A stretch of DNA of 63,001 bases, the filler included, from Ministeria vibrans ATCC 50519 (Eukaryota; Protista; Filasterea), in the NCBI GenBank assembly GCA_943704425.1. It is 6 parts of 6 records of this genome, joined end to end, with 100 filler letters (N's around TTAATTAATTAA, not from the genome) between each part and the next. Parts side by side here need not be neighbours in the genome. Positions count along the whole stretch, not along the records: positions 1 to 26,567 come from CALSCP010000899.1; positions 26,668 to 37,105 come from CALSCP010000962.1; 4 more parts are not named here. One strand, 5' to 3'. This document shows, in pieces, positions 13,123-27,734 of this stretch. A program made the translations under genes and the position numbers. The notes under the pieces are model-generated. The model saw only the letters and a program-made list of their open reading frames with translations. It was not told where the DNA came from and did no database searches. Numbering within the stretch: position 1 is the first letter of the stretch; every line of letters starts with the position of its first letter.

Positions 13123-14462
13123 GTATATTTATAAATTATTGCAGTACGTGACGTGACAGTGTGGCTCCCGCGCAGTCAGACGGCCAAAGTCGCGCAAAAG
13201 CGAGCCACGACGGTCGACGCACACGCGCACCAGCGATTCCACTGCACTCGACAGTGCACCGCCACATTCACACATACTCTGTAAAAAGAATGTATTAGTA
13301 TCGTATATCTTTGTTGGCGACTTACCTGAGCGGCTTTTCGATCGAGGTGCGTGTGTCCTGAGAGTGCAGTGCGTCGCACGAGAGCACTCACAAGACTCTG
13401 CTGCGCGTCAATGTCGCGCATGAGATCATCAACTTGAGTACGCACACGACGTGCCTGTTCGCGCGTGCGCCGTGCGGCGTCCAGGTCCGTCTCGAGTCGG
13501 GAGAGTGCGTCGTCGAGGCACGCAATGGCGTGTGTTTCGCCATGACATGCCGCGCGCACTTGGTCCAGTGCACTCTGTCGCTCCAGTGTCACCGAGAGTG
13601 ATGCTGCTCCACTGCTCACTGTCATTGCATGTCGCTCTTGCTGCACTGCCCTTGCCGCCTCTCTCTCTGCACCAGACTCTTCAAGGGCGTAAAGCTCGTT
13701 TTCAAGTCGTTCACATTCAAAAAAGTCGTCGAGCAGTCGCTCAGCACTGACTGAAGATGCCTCGTCCTCTTCCTCCTCCTCCTGTTGTTGTGTACCCCTT
13801 GACTCGCGCTGACCTCCCTCGAGACGGTCGAGTTCCTCTCGTGCGACGCTGGTAAGCTCAGCGACAAGAGCCGCCACACGTCCCTCACGAATTACCGTCT
13901 CTTCGAGCGCTGTCCACCGGCTGCCAATATCACCTTTTCTGCGTTTTTCGTGTGTTCCAGGCGAAGACAGAGCCGCTGTGCCGTCGTAGTGCACACGTTC
14001 TTTCAGGAATTGTTCGATGTGAGCCAGAGTGACGCGAGTAAAGCTCGACAAGTCACCATTGTGCGCTGAGCGAGGCCCGCTTGCTTCCTCCAGGCGTGCG
14101 CAATACTCGTCGGCAGTCGCTGCAGTACGATCTGATTGGACCAAGAGGGCACGCGTCAAGCAGGAGAGCCGCTCCTGCCGCAGACGCGATGGCGGTTTCA
14201 ATGGTGCGCAACTCAACACGCGCGCGAGTTCGTCCAGCTCGGCGCGCACCGCCGCGATTTCCAGTCGCAGAAAGTTCGTTGTATCTTCCGCTTGGCGGCG
14301 TTCCTCTTGAAGGCGACCAGGCGCCGCGCTGTCGCTGTTGATTGAAGAGTCCCGTTGAGTGGCAAGCCATTGCAACGACGTGAGAGTGTCGCTGTCGAGC
14401 GTCAGCTGGTCCACGTCGCCAGTGTAGCCAAGGTCTCGCTGAAGCCACTCAAAGTCGCTCAT
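12567..14462 (-). CDS. Long coiled-coil protein, possibly augmin subunit HAUS5-like
   Basis: Large exon 14462-13326 plus two further exons; heptad-rich; C-terminal ISDWKNHPA resembles the HAUS5 DWWEQP motif. The CDS is likely real; the family call is weak. Confidence 0.55.
12947..13119. repeat. (CA)n microsatellite with internal 6-N gap
   Basis: Direct reading. Confidence 0.95.
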
Positions 14463-15239
14463 GGGCAACGATGGTCGATGTGGGTTGCAGGAGTCGAGAC
14501 AAATCAAAGTAAATGAAAATATTTAATGATCAAAGAGCCGCATCAACGGCCGGCAATCTCCTCATTTTCATGACGCTAGGGCCACAGAGCTAGCCACTGT
14601 TGATGGTACAATGACTGTCAACTCCGCCCTATCGACCATTAAGGTGTCTTTCTATGCCGAATTCTCTTTGCGATAAAAAAGGAATACGTTCCGAATCCGA
14701 AATGCTCACAGACAGCGCGACTCAGTCAGGTCTCAACTCTCAAGCAGACCTACATCGTGCCGTATTCGTTGCGTATCTTTCCTCGGGAGTCGGAACGCAG
14801 TCAGGATCGCCCGTTAATGCTCTCAAAGGTCTACGTCACAAGCAACCAATTGTATCCATTTTCCAGAAGCAGCAGTGCAGCACTACCATATGCAAATACG
14901 CAATATGCATAGCGCATACATGAATAACATGATAATTGATACATCTCATACATGTAACATGTCCGTCAAAAGGACCAAAAGGGCGCAAACGTTTCGCATT
15001 CTTTGATTCCTTTCCAAATACCAGCCAAGGCGTGTCAATGAGAATCAAAGTCGGTATTCATTGGCGCGTGCTTCATACTTTTCCTCGCACCAACCAAAAA
15101 GATTCGCGACACCACTCAAAAGTCTATGTCGACAAGGAAGTGAAGGAACTGTGCTAGCGTCTTAGCGAGGGCCTTATGGGGCCCAGGGCTTCAAATTCAA
15201 GTCCATTTTATCCAATAGTGGTGCATCGAAAAACATATA

Positions 15240-15768
15240 TGACGTCAGTTTGTGACATCACAAAGTCCGAGTGTGAAGGCACTGTGAACGTCCTGTGCAA
15301 CGCCCCCGCTCAAACTCCCTCTCCACAATCAACTCCAATGCTCTATCGCCGTCACCATGAATGCTGATTACTGACCCTTGCGACCCCTTGCAAAGGAAAG
15401 AGGAAAAAAGGATCGAGTCTGACGCAAGCGATCTGTGCCGCCGTCGGACCTTCACTTATTAAACGAAACACACGTCGTTTGAATTGCAGACACATTTTTT
15501 CTCCCAACGTCTACCTTCTACCTGCCAAGTGTTGCCTCTACTTCCACTTCAGTCGGTTTTTGCTCTCCAGGCTTCGTTTTTTCCAACTTTTCCCAGGTAG
15601 GCAATTCTCGTTTTTTTTTCAACAGAATGTGTTCCGCTGCAGCGGCAAAGCCCTGTGCACCTGGCGAGCCCTAGAGGATAAAGCACCACTCATCACCCCC
15701 TGTGCCGCATCGAACCTTCGTGAATCATTCGCGGTTCGAAAGGGTCCCTGAAGTCGTTCATGACGTCA
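15240..15768. promoter_or_regulatory. Two perfect CRE palindromes TGACGTCA (15240-15247, 15761-15768) upstream of the HMG-box gene
   Basis: Exact 8-mers read in the sequence; function is inferred. Confidence 0.4.
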
Positions 15769-16252
15769 AAGAGACTTTGGGGTCGTTCTGTCGCCGTAGT
15801 TGCCCTTGTTGGCTCTCGTCCGCTCCCTGCTCGCACCCCCCCTGCCCGCCATTGCCCAATCCTGTCACGTAACACCGCCGATTCGCCTCCTATACAAGCC
15901 TGTGTCTCAGCCTCGGCTATTTCTTCCTCCTTCAGATCCTCACACAAAATACCACCACTATTCCCAGCGTACGCCCTCTCATTTCTTTTGTAAATGCATC
16001 ACGATGTGCCAGGGAACATCAAACGTTCGCGATTGGCACAAAATTCAACATTTTTTTCGCATCCCAAATGAAGTAACAGACCAAAGTTTTTACCGTTCGA
16101 CTCTACGCACTGCACGCGCTGCGCTCGCATTCAACATGTGTGGACGACTCTTGTTCTCCCGCTTACCATATGCCGTTTCATTTCCTCTTTACAGCTCTCT
16201 CTCTCTCTCTTTCTTTCCTTTTTTCGACGCGACAAAAAAAACATTGCTACGT

Positions 16253-17171
16253 ATGCAGTCAACACCAAACTCAACAGCCCCTTCAATGTCCGCTCGTATT
16301 CCACGCCTTCCTTCGACTCTCCTTGTCCACGTCAACGGCGTTGGTGCGATCGCGGTGCCTTCCGCCCCGATCAACCGCTACGTGTACTCCGAGTCACTGC
16401 GTGAGCCAACGCTGGTCCTGCCGCCCCCCTCGACGTTGTTCGCTGGTACACCCGCGCAGTATTCCCACGAGCCACAGTCCACGCCTTCTCCTATGGAAAT
16501 GCAAGAGCACATTGCCGAACGTCAAACGACTTTTTCGCCCGACTCCGCCTCCACACAGTACGGCGGCCACCCAGGCACACCTCCGCCACAGCAGCACCAA
16601 CAGACACAGCAGCACCAACAATACGCCCATGTGGCCTCGCCTCTCCCGGCTCACCCCACATCTGCAACCCACGCCACGCATCCTGGCGGACTCTACGACG
16701 CGTCTCAGTCCAACCTGACCACCTCGTGGAAGAACAAAACTGGTCCTGGTCGCGTGAAACGTCCTATGAACAGTTTTATGCTCTTTGCCTCGCAACATCG
16801 TCGTCAGCTGCTCGACTCGCGACGTGATCTCTCCAACAAGTAACAACCAGAGCGAGACCCCAACCTCATGTACTTATTCATTTCTTTTGTCTCACAGTGA
16901 GGTGAGCCGTGTGCTCGGTGATGCATGGGCAACACTTGAGCCCCATGCACGCGCGTACTACGAAAGTGAGGCACAGCGACTGGCAATGGAACACCGACTG
17001 CGCCATCCCGGTCATCTCTTCGAGCGCCGTGTCTCAAAGGCTAAAACGTTGACGGCACAACGTGCGCCCCGTGCTCGCAGCTACACCCAGTCGTCGGTCG
17101 AGAGCGACCAAAGCGGCACTGCCTTCCACGCGAGTCACCTCCAGAGTGCTTCGGCAACCACGCTCGACTAA
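16253..17171 (+). CDS. Sox/TCF/MATA-class sequence-specific HMG-box transcription factor (exons 16253-16839, 16898-17171)
   Basis: GRVKRPMNSFMLFASQHRRQLL..DLSN|NEVSRVLGDAWATL..RAYYESEAQRLAMEHRLRHPGHLF; P/Q-rich N-terminus. Confidence 0.9.
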
Positions 17172-17567
17172 ACCAACACTCAATTCAGCTGGCCTGACAA
17201 CAACACTCAACCTTTCCTCTCTTTGTCATGTATTACTCGCTACGCTCATTCATTTTTCATTTTCATGAATCATACAAAATTCATAAAAATAATAATAATA
17301 ATAATAATACACAATTCAAAATCATCCACATTGTGCTGCTCATAAAAAATAGTGAAAACCTATTAAGATAAATAAAAAAAAATTCAAGAATCAACAGCTA
17401 AAGATACATTTTGAGGGTTAGTTTGTGAATTGTGACGGAATCATGAGCAAAATTGTGTTTGTATTTTTGTTAATTGTTTCTTCACTCTTTTCTTTCAATC
17501 GCCAAGAGCTTGTGAGAGCTTGAGAGGGCAGCTCCAAAGCAGACGTTCCTCTCCTCTCGCTTTCGCG

Positions 17568-21007
<3,440 letters not shown>

Positions 21008-21398
21008 TTTTTGTGCAATACATTCACTTTCCTTTAAATTTTTCCCAGAAATATTATTATCAAGCACCATACAAAAAGCGACAAGACAAACAGCTGAGAA
21101 TCACTTTCTACACTACATAAAAAAGCCTTTTCAAGTTTGCGCTAGTGTATTTGGTCAGGAGTCAATGAATAATAGGAATAACAACTTAATTACTCAGGAG
21201 ATGAAAATAATACAATGAAGCGTAATACAATGTGTCCGCCATAGGCTAGCCCCAAGAAGATAGAGCACCCATAGACCTACCGATACGCTTTCGCAGCAAG
21301 CGTACAAAAAATTCAAGGAATTCGGAGAGAGACACGCACACCAATGAATAATATTCCGTCTATCTTCACTATTAACACTATGAACTATTCAATTTTTT

Positions 21399-24300
21399 AT
21401 GCCTCTCTTGTCGTTGACAAACGACGGAAGTCGCGGGCGCGACGGAGGTCACGGCGCTCGCGGCGCAACTCCAACAAAGCTCGGGTATCATGGTGCGGAT
21501 GGCAGCGCGGGCGAGCCGGGCGCGACTGGCGAGAACGGCGGTTCGATTTATCTGCATCTTTCGCCGGACCGTGACGAGAGCGCCATCGTCATCAACGCAC
21601 AGCTCGAAGGCCAGGAGCCCGCTCAGTACACGCTTATGATCCAGGATGAAACCAACAGCTTGGAGCTGTCGTCGTGCGGCGGGCCGGGAGGCAACGGGGG
21701 CTGTGGCGGGGCGGGCGGCGACGGCTCGAGCGGCGTTCCCGGCGAGAACGCCCGCGCCAACTGCACTGGCACCAACGGTGGCCGCGGCGGGAATGGGGGC
21801 AATGGCTGCGATGGTGGTGCGGCAGGAGATGGCGGCGCAGGTGGGATGGTTGTCGTGGCAGCCTCCGAGAACGACACCGACATGTTTATGCTCGTCAAAG
21901 CGCACCCGCTCGTCAACGGTGGCTTGCCAGGCGCCGGTGGAACTCCGGGCGAAGAAGGAAACGGCGCACCTGGAGGCAAAGGTGGCCAAGGCTTTAGCTA
22001 CACGCAACGGTCGACACGCGCCGATGGGGTGCAGATTACCAGCCAAAAGTACTCGAGCGGCGGACACGACGGCGCTGCCGGAAGACCGGGCAAGAAGGGC
22101 CGCCGGGGACCCGACGGCAAACGCGGGCAAGATGGACGCTTTCTCTTTCGTATTGTCACCATGAGCGGCCAAGAGGTCGACTACCCCTGGCTCTACTCCA
22201 TTCGCCTTGTCCTGCCCAGTGTCCACACCGAGGCACGCAGCGGAACCGGCATCCTCGAGCCCGGCAGCATGTGCGACACCACCCTTGTTGTCGGCAACAC
22301 TGGTGAAATGCCTACCCCGGCTCGTCAGCCTACCGTTTTTTCCTTGCTTCCCGACGATTGGGTATCATTCTAAAATATTTGAATTTTTGTTGTTGACTGT
22401 AACAACACCAACAACAACAACAGCAACAATAATAATAATAATCATAATCATAATAATTTTATTATTATTATTAATTTATTATTCATAATAGTAATAATGT
22501 TATTGTTATTGTTTTTTATTCATTAGGTGTACTTTGAGCCACACAGCGACTGTGCACTTCTGACGCAGTCCATTGCACGCGGGCACACCGCATCAACAGT
22601 GCTGCGGTGGCAAGTGTGCAGCTCGCCAGGCCCCACGGTGGGCAACCCATTGCACGAGACGGCGACGCTGCGCTTTGAGGCGCGCATGCGACGCGTTAAT
22701 CAAATTCACCCTGCGGTGCAGGGCCAACACATCACGCTGCCCATTGCTCATGTGGCAGCGTCTAGCATTGCCCACATGCCTGCGGCCATTGCACTTAGCG
22801 AGGAGACGCCCTTGGCCGTGGCCGTACACAACGCCAGTGCTCTTCCGCTCGGTCTTGACGCCGAACCGGCGCGTGTGCTCTCCCTTCGCATCGAAATCAC
22901 CGATGTACACTATCCACTCACCGCTCTCACCCCGTTTTCCCTCGACACCTGTCCGTATCGTTTGTACGATGCTGTCGGGCGCCACGTTGACACTCTCGGC
23001 GGTCCCGTTGCTCTGCTTGCCCCGCACGCGGACCATATCGTTGCTGGCTCTATCTCCTTCGACGCTTGCGTGCCCGCCTACTCCAAAATCTCCTTCCGTT
23101 CCACTCTTGAGCTTGGCGATGTCAACGAGCCGCTCACACCGAATGTGGTTCAGTATCGCGACTGGCACCTGGTGTTGGCCGAGAAGTGCGATTGTGCCGA
23201 CGATTGCGAGATTTTGCTTGTGACCAACTCGGCGACGAGCGCTCACGAAGTCGTCGCTTGGCGCAACCTCTGTGCCATGTTTGGTCGCTCGTGCGCCGTC
23301 TGGAACATTGACCTCTACGACTGCCTTCGATTGGGGCGCAGTGCCAGCAACAGCAACAATAGTTTCTTTGAGCGTCTGCGCGGCCGTCTTGTCGTTGTCC
23401 TCAACAACGAACGCCTCCTCAATGAGTCGTGGGGTCACTCGGCAATGCAATCGGGCGCAATCTGCCACCGCGAACTTCTCCATGGCATCGTCTATCATGC
23501 TTTACACGTTTACATCTGCGGCCAATCCTCCGGTATCGACTTCTCACGTCTACTTGTGCCCGCGCTGCCCAACGGCGAGGCCCCCGAGCGCTCTGTGCTT
23601 TTCGCGTCAGTTGATGCCTTTCTCAATGCCCGTGTGGGCGCTACCGCTGCTACTGCCGGTGCCGCTGCCCTGGAATCGGGTTCTCGTGGTCCCGTGCCGC
23701 AGTCATCCATGGCCACAGCAGACGTCAAGGTATCGAAAGAAAAAATGAAGGGCTGTAAACCGTGCGTGCGCGGCGTTTGACACTCTAGCACCTTCGATAG
23801 GGATTCATGCGAAAGAGAGGAGGACAGGACGGCAAGCGATCGTACAAGATGCGGTACTGGGCCCTTTTTAGCAACTTGGCGACACTCGCGTATTACAAGG
23901 ATCCCACTGACACATTTCCGCTTGGGATGATTTGGCTGCGCAATGCGACACTCACTTGCGAAGGCGCAACCAAGCTGATCATTCGTACACCGGAACGAAC
24001 TTTCTTTCTCGATGTGTGTGCTCGCTCGAAGAAACTGTCGTCGAGCGAGTCATCGGCCAAAGCGCGACGTGGCGCAGCCGTCGCCGCCGGGTGTCTCCGG
24101 GGCACGTCTCGTGATGTCTGGGTGAGCTCGCTTAACGGTGCCATTGAAATGGCGGATCTCATGAACGACCATTGTGACTTTGAGCAGGCGGAGGAGATGG
24201 TGGAGGAAGAGGAGGTGCCGACCGACGACAGCCGTGATGCCACGCTGTCACTGTCACCCACACCACCGCACTCCACCACCGCCGCCAACCGGGACGGATC

Positions 24301-26536
24301 GAAGCAGCATTTGACCCCACGTGCGCGTGCGGAACACGCTCTACGTCTCTCGCAACTGTCATCACTCTCAGTGCTCTCCGCCGGCGCGCGTGTTTCCAAC
24401 CGACAGGCGCTCTCGACGATGAGCGCCCCTGGCGCACCCGTCTCCTCGTCGGTCTCCGTAACCACCAAGACCACACAGCCATCGAGCGCGGCCCGGTTGG
24501 TGGGCCCGGCCAACAGCGCGGAAGCTGACTATGCCGGCTACCTGCGCAAGAGGGGCGCTCCCCACTCGTCCGCGTGGAAGAGACGCTGGTTCGTCTTACG
24601 CCGTGACTCGCGTACGCTCGCCTACTATGAGACGGCGACCAGCACCAAACCCAAAGGCGTCATTTCGCTCGAACGCTTCACGTTGCTGGACCCACCAGTG
24701 GGAGACTCAGCCATGGCCAAGGGCTGTGGCTTTCTGCTTGCTACCCCCATGCGCACCTACCGCATTGCATGCTGTGCCAAGGAACACGGTGGTGCCAGTG
24801 TTGTGTCAGCGTGGCGTCACGAGCTGCAGCGTGACCCATCAAGTCATACGCCCGACCAGGCACACGACGTGAAGGAGGCGCAACTGTATGAAGTAGTTGA
24901 GGACGATGACGATGACGATGAAGATGAAGAGGAGGAAGTGGCGGAGATGGCGGTGGATGAGAAGGGAAGAGAAGAAGCAGACTTGACTGGTGTCGAGGGA
25001 GACTCGGAAGCGATTGTGGAACATGAAGGTGAAGAAGAAGAGGAAGAAGAGGCTGAAGAGAAACGTGAAGAAGACAGCGACAACGGCATTGTCGAAGATG
25101 ATCACGAAGTGGACGATGATGACGATGACGATGACGATGATGACGGTGATGATGATGAGACGCGCTGGGCGATGCTGAATAACACTGACTCGTGGGAAGG
25201 AGGCGCGAATGAGCCAGAAATGGATTGGAGCGAGAGCACCGCAAAGTACGATTTTGAGGCGGGTCCCATTCCCGAGCGCCCTATCGCCGCCGTGGATGCG
25301 GAGTGCACTGTTGCTCCCACTGCTGGCGACGCGTCACTTCGACGGCAGCGCTCGCCATGGCTCGTCTTCGACAATGACCAGCATGAACTGGCTTCGCTCC
25401 CGTCGAGTCTACTTGCCGCGCGTGCCTCGGTCAATGTGATTGATCGAATTGAAGTGAAAACAGCGTACACGCGCCCCGCGCGGCCGCAACCACGCGACCT
25501 CGAGCGTCGTGCTCTGCGCATTGCGACGGTACTGCGTGAACGCGAGCCGGCGCGACGTGTCTGTGTCGTGTACACCTTCAATCCTGTGGACATTCCCGGT
25601 GGCATACTGCGACGTCGCATGCACCTTGGGACGATTGAGGTGCGACGTTCGGTCAACAATGACTACGCGCCGGTTGTGTTTTGCGACGCCGATGATGCCC
25701 AGCTTCACTCGGGCGCTCCCTTTGTCCACAGCGCCGCCAACCTGTGTGGCGTCTTGAAGGCGATGCACTATTTCAAGAAACTTGACATTCTCGCTGCGCT
25801 TCCCTTGCGCTTCGATGCCGCACAGCACCGCATTGCGGGACCTCTGGTGGACGCTATCATCAGCGATCTGATGGACGAGCAGGCGTGTTATCGCGCCGAT
25901 AGCCCCTGGGCTGGAGCCTGGACGCCACGTGTGCTCAAGCACCGCGGCCTCACCTACCTGCGTCACCTGTGCACAGCGTGGTTCTCCAACGACGCTGTGC
26001 GTGGCGTCCCGGCTGCCACTGACAAACGCCTTGCGCTCGAGCGTATTGCTGTCACCATCTTACTCGTGTGCAACCGCTGTGTGGGCAAGGCGGATCGCCT
26101 GCTTCTGCGTCGTCGCCAGCGCGCTGTCTCAACTGCCTCTCTTGCCCTTCTCAATGGATTTTTGGCAAACATCACCTTTGGAGAGCAGGCAGGCAGTGTG
26201 CGCTTGCGACCGCAACAGCAGCTGCTGAAGCAACTTTCCAAGCAGGCGAGTGCCATGAAAAAGCGCGAGAAGGCCTCCAAGATTGACCGTCACGAGTGTC
26301 TGCGCCGCCTGCGCGCTCCGCACGCCACGCCGACTCAGTCGTGCCCGGCCAGCAGCTCGCTGGCGTACGCGTCCCAGCCCAACATGGTGCTCTCCGCCGA
26401 TGAGTATGCCGAAGTCGCCTTGCCTGCATCCACTCTTCTTCCGCGCATTCAGCAGCCTGTGTTTTCAACTACACAGGAGCGTGAGTCTGGCATTGCAGCT
26501 CACGCTCACGCGGGAACCTATACATACGTTGTATAA
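21399..26536 (+). CDS. Large Gly-rich (GGxGG / Gxy) protein with two PH domains and an acidic tract (exons 21399-22361, 22527-23729, 23801-26536)
   Basis: Clean phase-0 GT-AG joins; PH1 KGFMRKRGG..KMRYWAL..LAYYK..PLGMIWL; PH2 AGYLRKRG..WKRRWFVL..LAYYE..PKGVISL. Confidence 0.85.
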
Positions 26537-26567
26537 TTTATTACATTACAATACAAGGTCATTTCTA

Positions 26568-26667
26568 NNNNNNNNNNNNNNNNNNNNNNNNNNNNNNNNN
26601 NNNNNNNNNNNTTAATTAATTAANNNNNNNNNNNNNNNNNNNNNNNNNNNNNNNNNNNNNNNNNNNN
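26568..26667. other. Scaffold gap with TTAATTAATTAA linker (also 37106-37205, 44544-44643, 47508-47607, 60565-60664)
   Basis: Identical 100-nt N blocks with a central six-frame stop linker, i.e. an assembly artefact. Confidence 0.95.
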
Positions 26668-26688
26668 TTTTTTTTGTCTTTGATGTAG

Positions 26689-27399
26689 TCGTCACCGCCA
26701 CCGTCAGACTCGGATCATGACGGCCGGGTAACGATTGAGAGCACGCAAGTCAACATTGAGAACAAGCGCTACTACTTCGACCTGCGCTCCAATACGCGCG
26801 GTCGATACCTCAAGGTGTCGCAGACGACAGAATTTCACACGCGTGTTAGCGTGCTCATTCCCGCCGAGTCCATGGACGAGGTTCACAACGCCTACCTCGA
26901 AATGATTGCACTTAACAAGGAGACGCCGTCAACCGAAGGCGGCGAGCGTTCGCGCTCGTATTCGCGCGATTATGCGTCGCGCGGCTCGCGCGATCATTCC
27001 CGCGACTCACGCGACTCACGCGACCAGCGGTTCAACGCGCGCGACTCTCGTCACAGGCAGTCGCGCCCCGAACATCAAGCTTCATCGCGAGGTGGTGGTA
27101 ACAGCTACGCCTATGGCGGCGGCTCGTCGTACGCACCCGCATCGGCACGGATTGGACGTCCCGACGAACGTCCATCCGAAGTGAGCACCACCACACTCGA
27201 CACTCCGTTGGCGTCCGCTCGCGAACTCCGTGTAGGCACCAAAGTGTTCCTGATGGAGGCGAGGAAGAACGCTCGCGGCATCTACCTGCGCGTGTCGGAG
27301 ACAAGCAGCGTCGGCCAGCCCGCCATTGTCGTCCCGCGCGAAGCCTGGTCCGAGCTTGCGCAGACCCTCCACACGTACTGCGATGAGGTGCCCCTCTAA
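26689..27399 (+). CDS. PURA: Pur-alpha (PurA) family ssDNA/RNA-binding protein, 3' part
   Basis: Two PUR repeats: LNIENKRYYFDLRSNTRGRYLKVSQ and LRVGTKVFLMEARKNARGIYLRVSE..IVVPREAW; 5' end lies in the gap. Confidence 0.88.
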   Translation, partial: SSPPPSDSDHDGRVTIESTQVNIENKRYYFDLRSNTRGRYLKVSQTTEFHTRVSVLIPAESMDEVHNAYLEMIALNKETPSTEGGERSRSYSRDYASRGSRDHSRDSRDSRDQRFNARDSRHRQSRPEHQASSRGGGNSYAYGGGSSYAPASARIGRPDERPSEVSTTTLDTPLASARELRVGTKVFLMEARKNARGIYLRVSETSSVGQPAIVVPREAWSELAQTLHTYCDEVPL

Positions 27400-27734
27400 A
27401 CGCGCTCCGTAGCACGACGGAGGGCGGGCAGGCTCAAGAAGGAGAAGGAGAAGCGAGAGAGAGAGGAACGTCAAAGTGTGAGTGTGAGATGCGTTGACGG
27501 CGAAAGAGATACGAATGAAAGAAAGAGGAGAAGGAGAGAAAGAAGAAACCAAAGAACAAGACAGAAAAGGGGGGAGATGCTATTGTGAGAGAAGAAAGGA
27601 TGAAGCAAGGGGAAAGGGAGGGAAAATAAGAATTAATTAGGTCTGTACAGAAAAAGATTATTATTTTTTTTTTAAAAAATATATATATATATAACTGTGC
27701 GTGTGTGCGTGTGTGGATGGATGGGTGGTTTGAA

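Noticed and set aside
12591-13151. ORFs with HTHT/CVCV/SLSL runs (also near 3300, 40800, 44600, 60600)
   Set aside because: Translations of dinucleotide microsatellites.
21660-22140. PE-PGRS or true collagen call
   Set aside because: No PE domain, no signal peptide, and Gxy runs are short and interrupted; the gene is spliced and eukaryotic.
26612-26623. Palindromic TTAATTAATTAA repeated five times in the window
   Set aside because: Always centred in 100-N blocks; an assembly linker, not biology.
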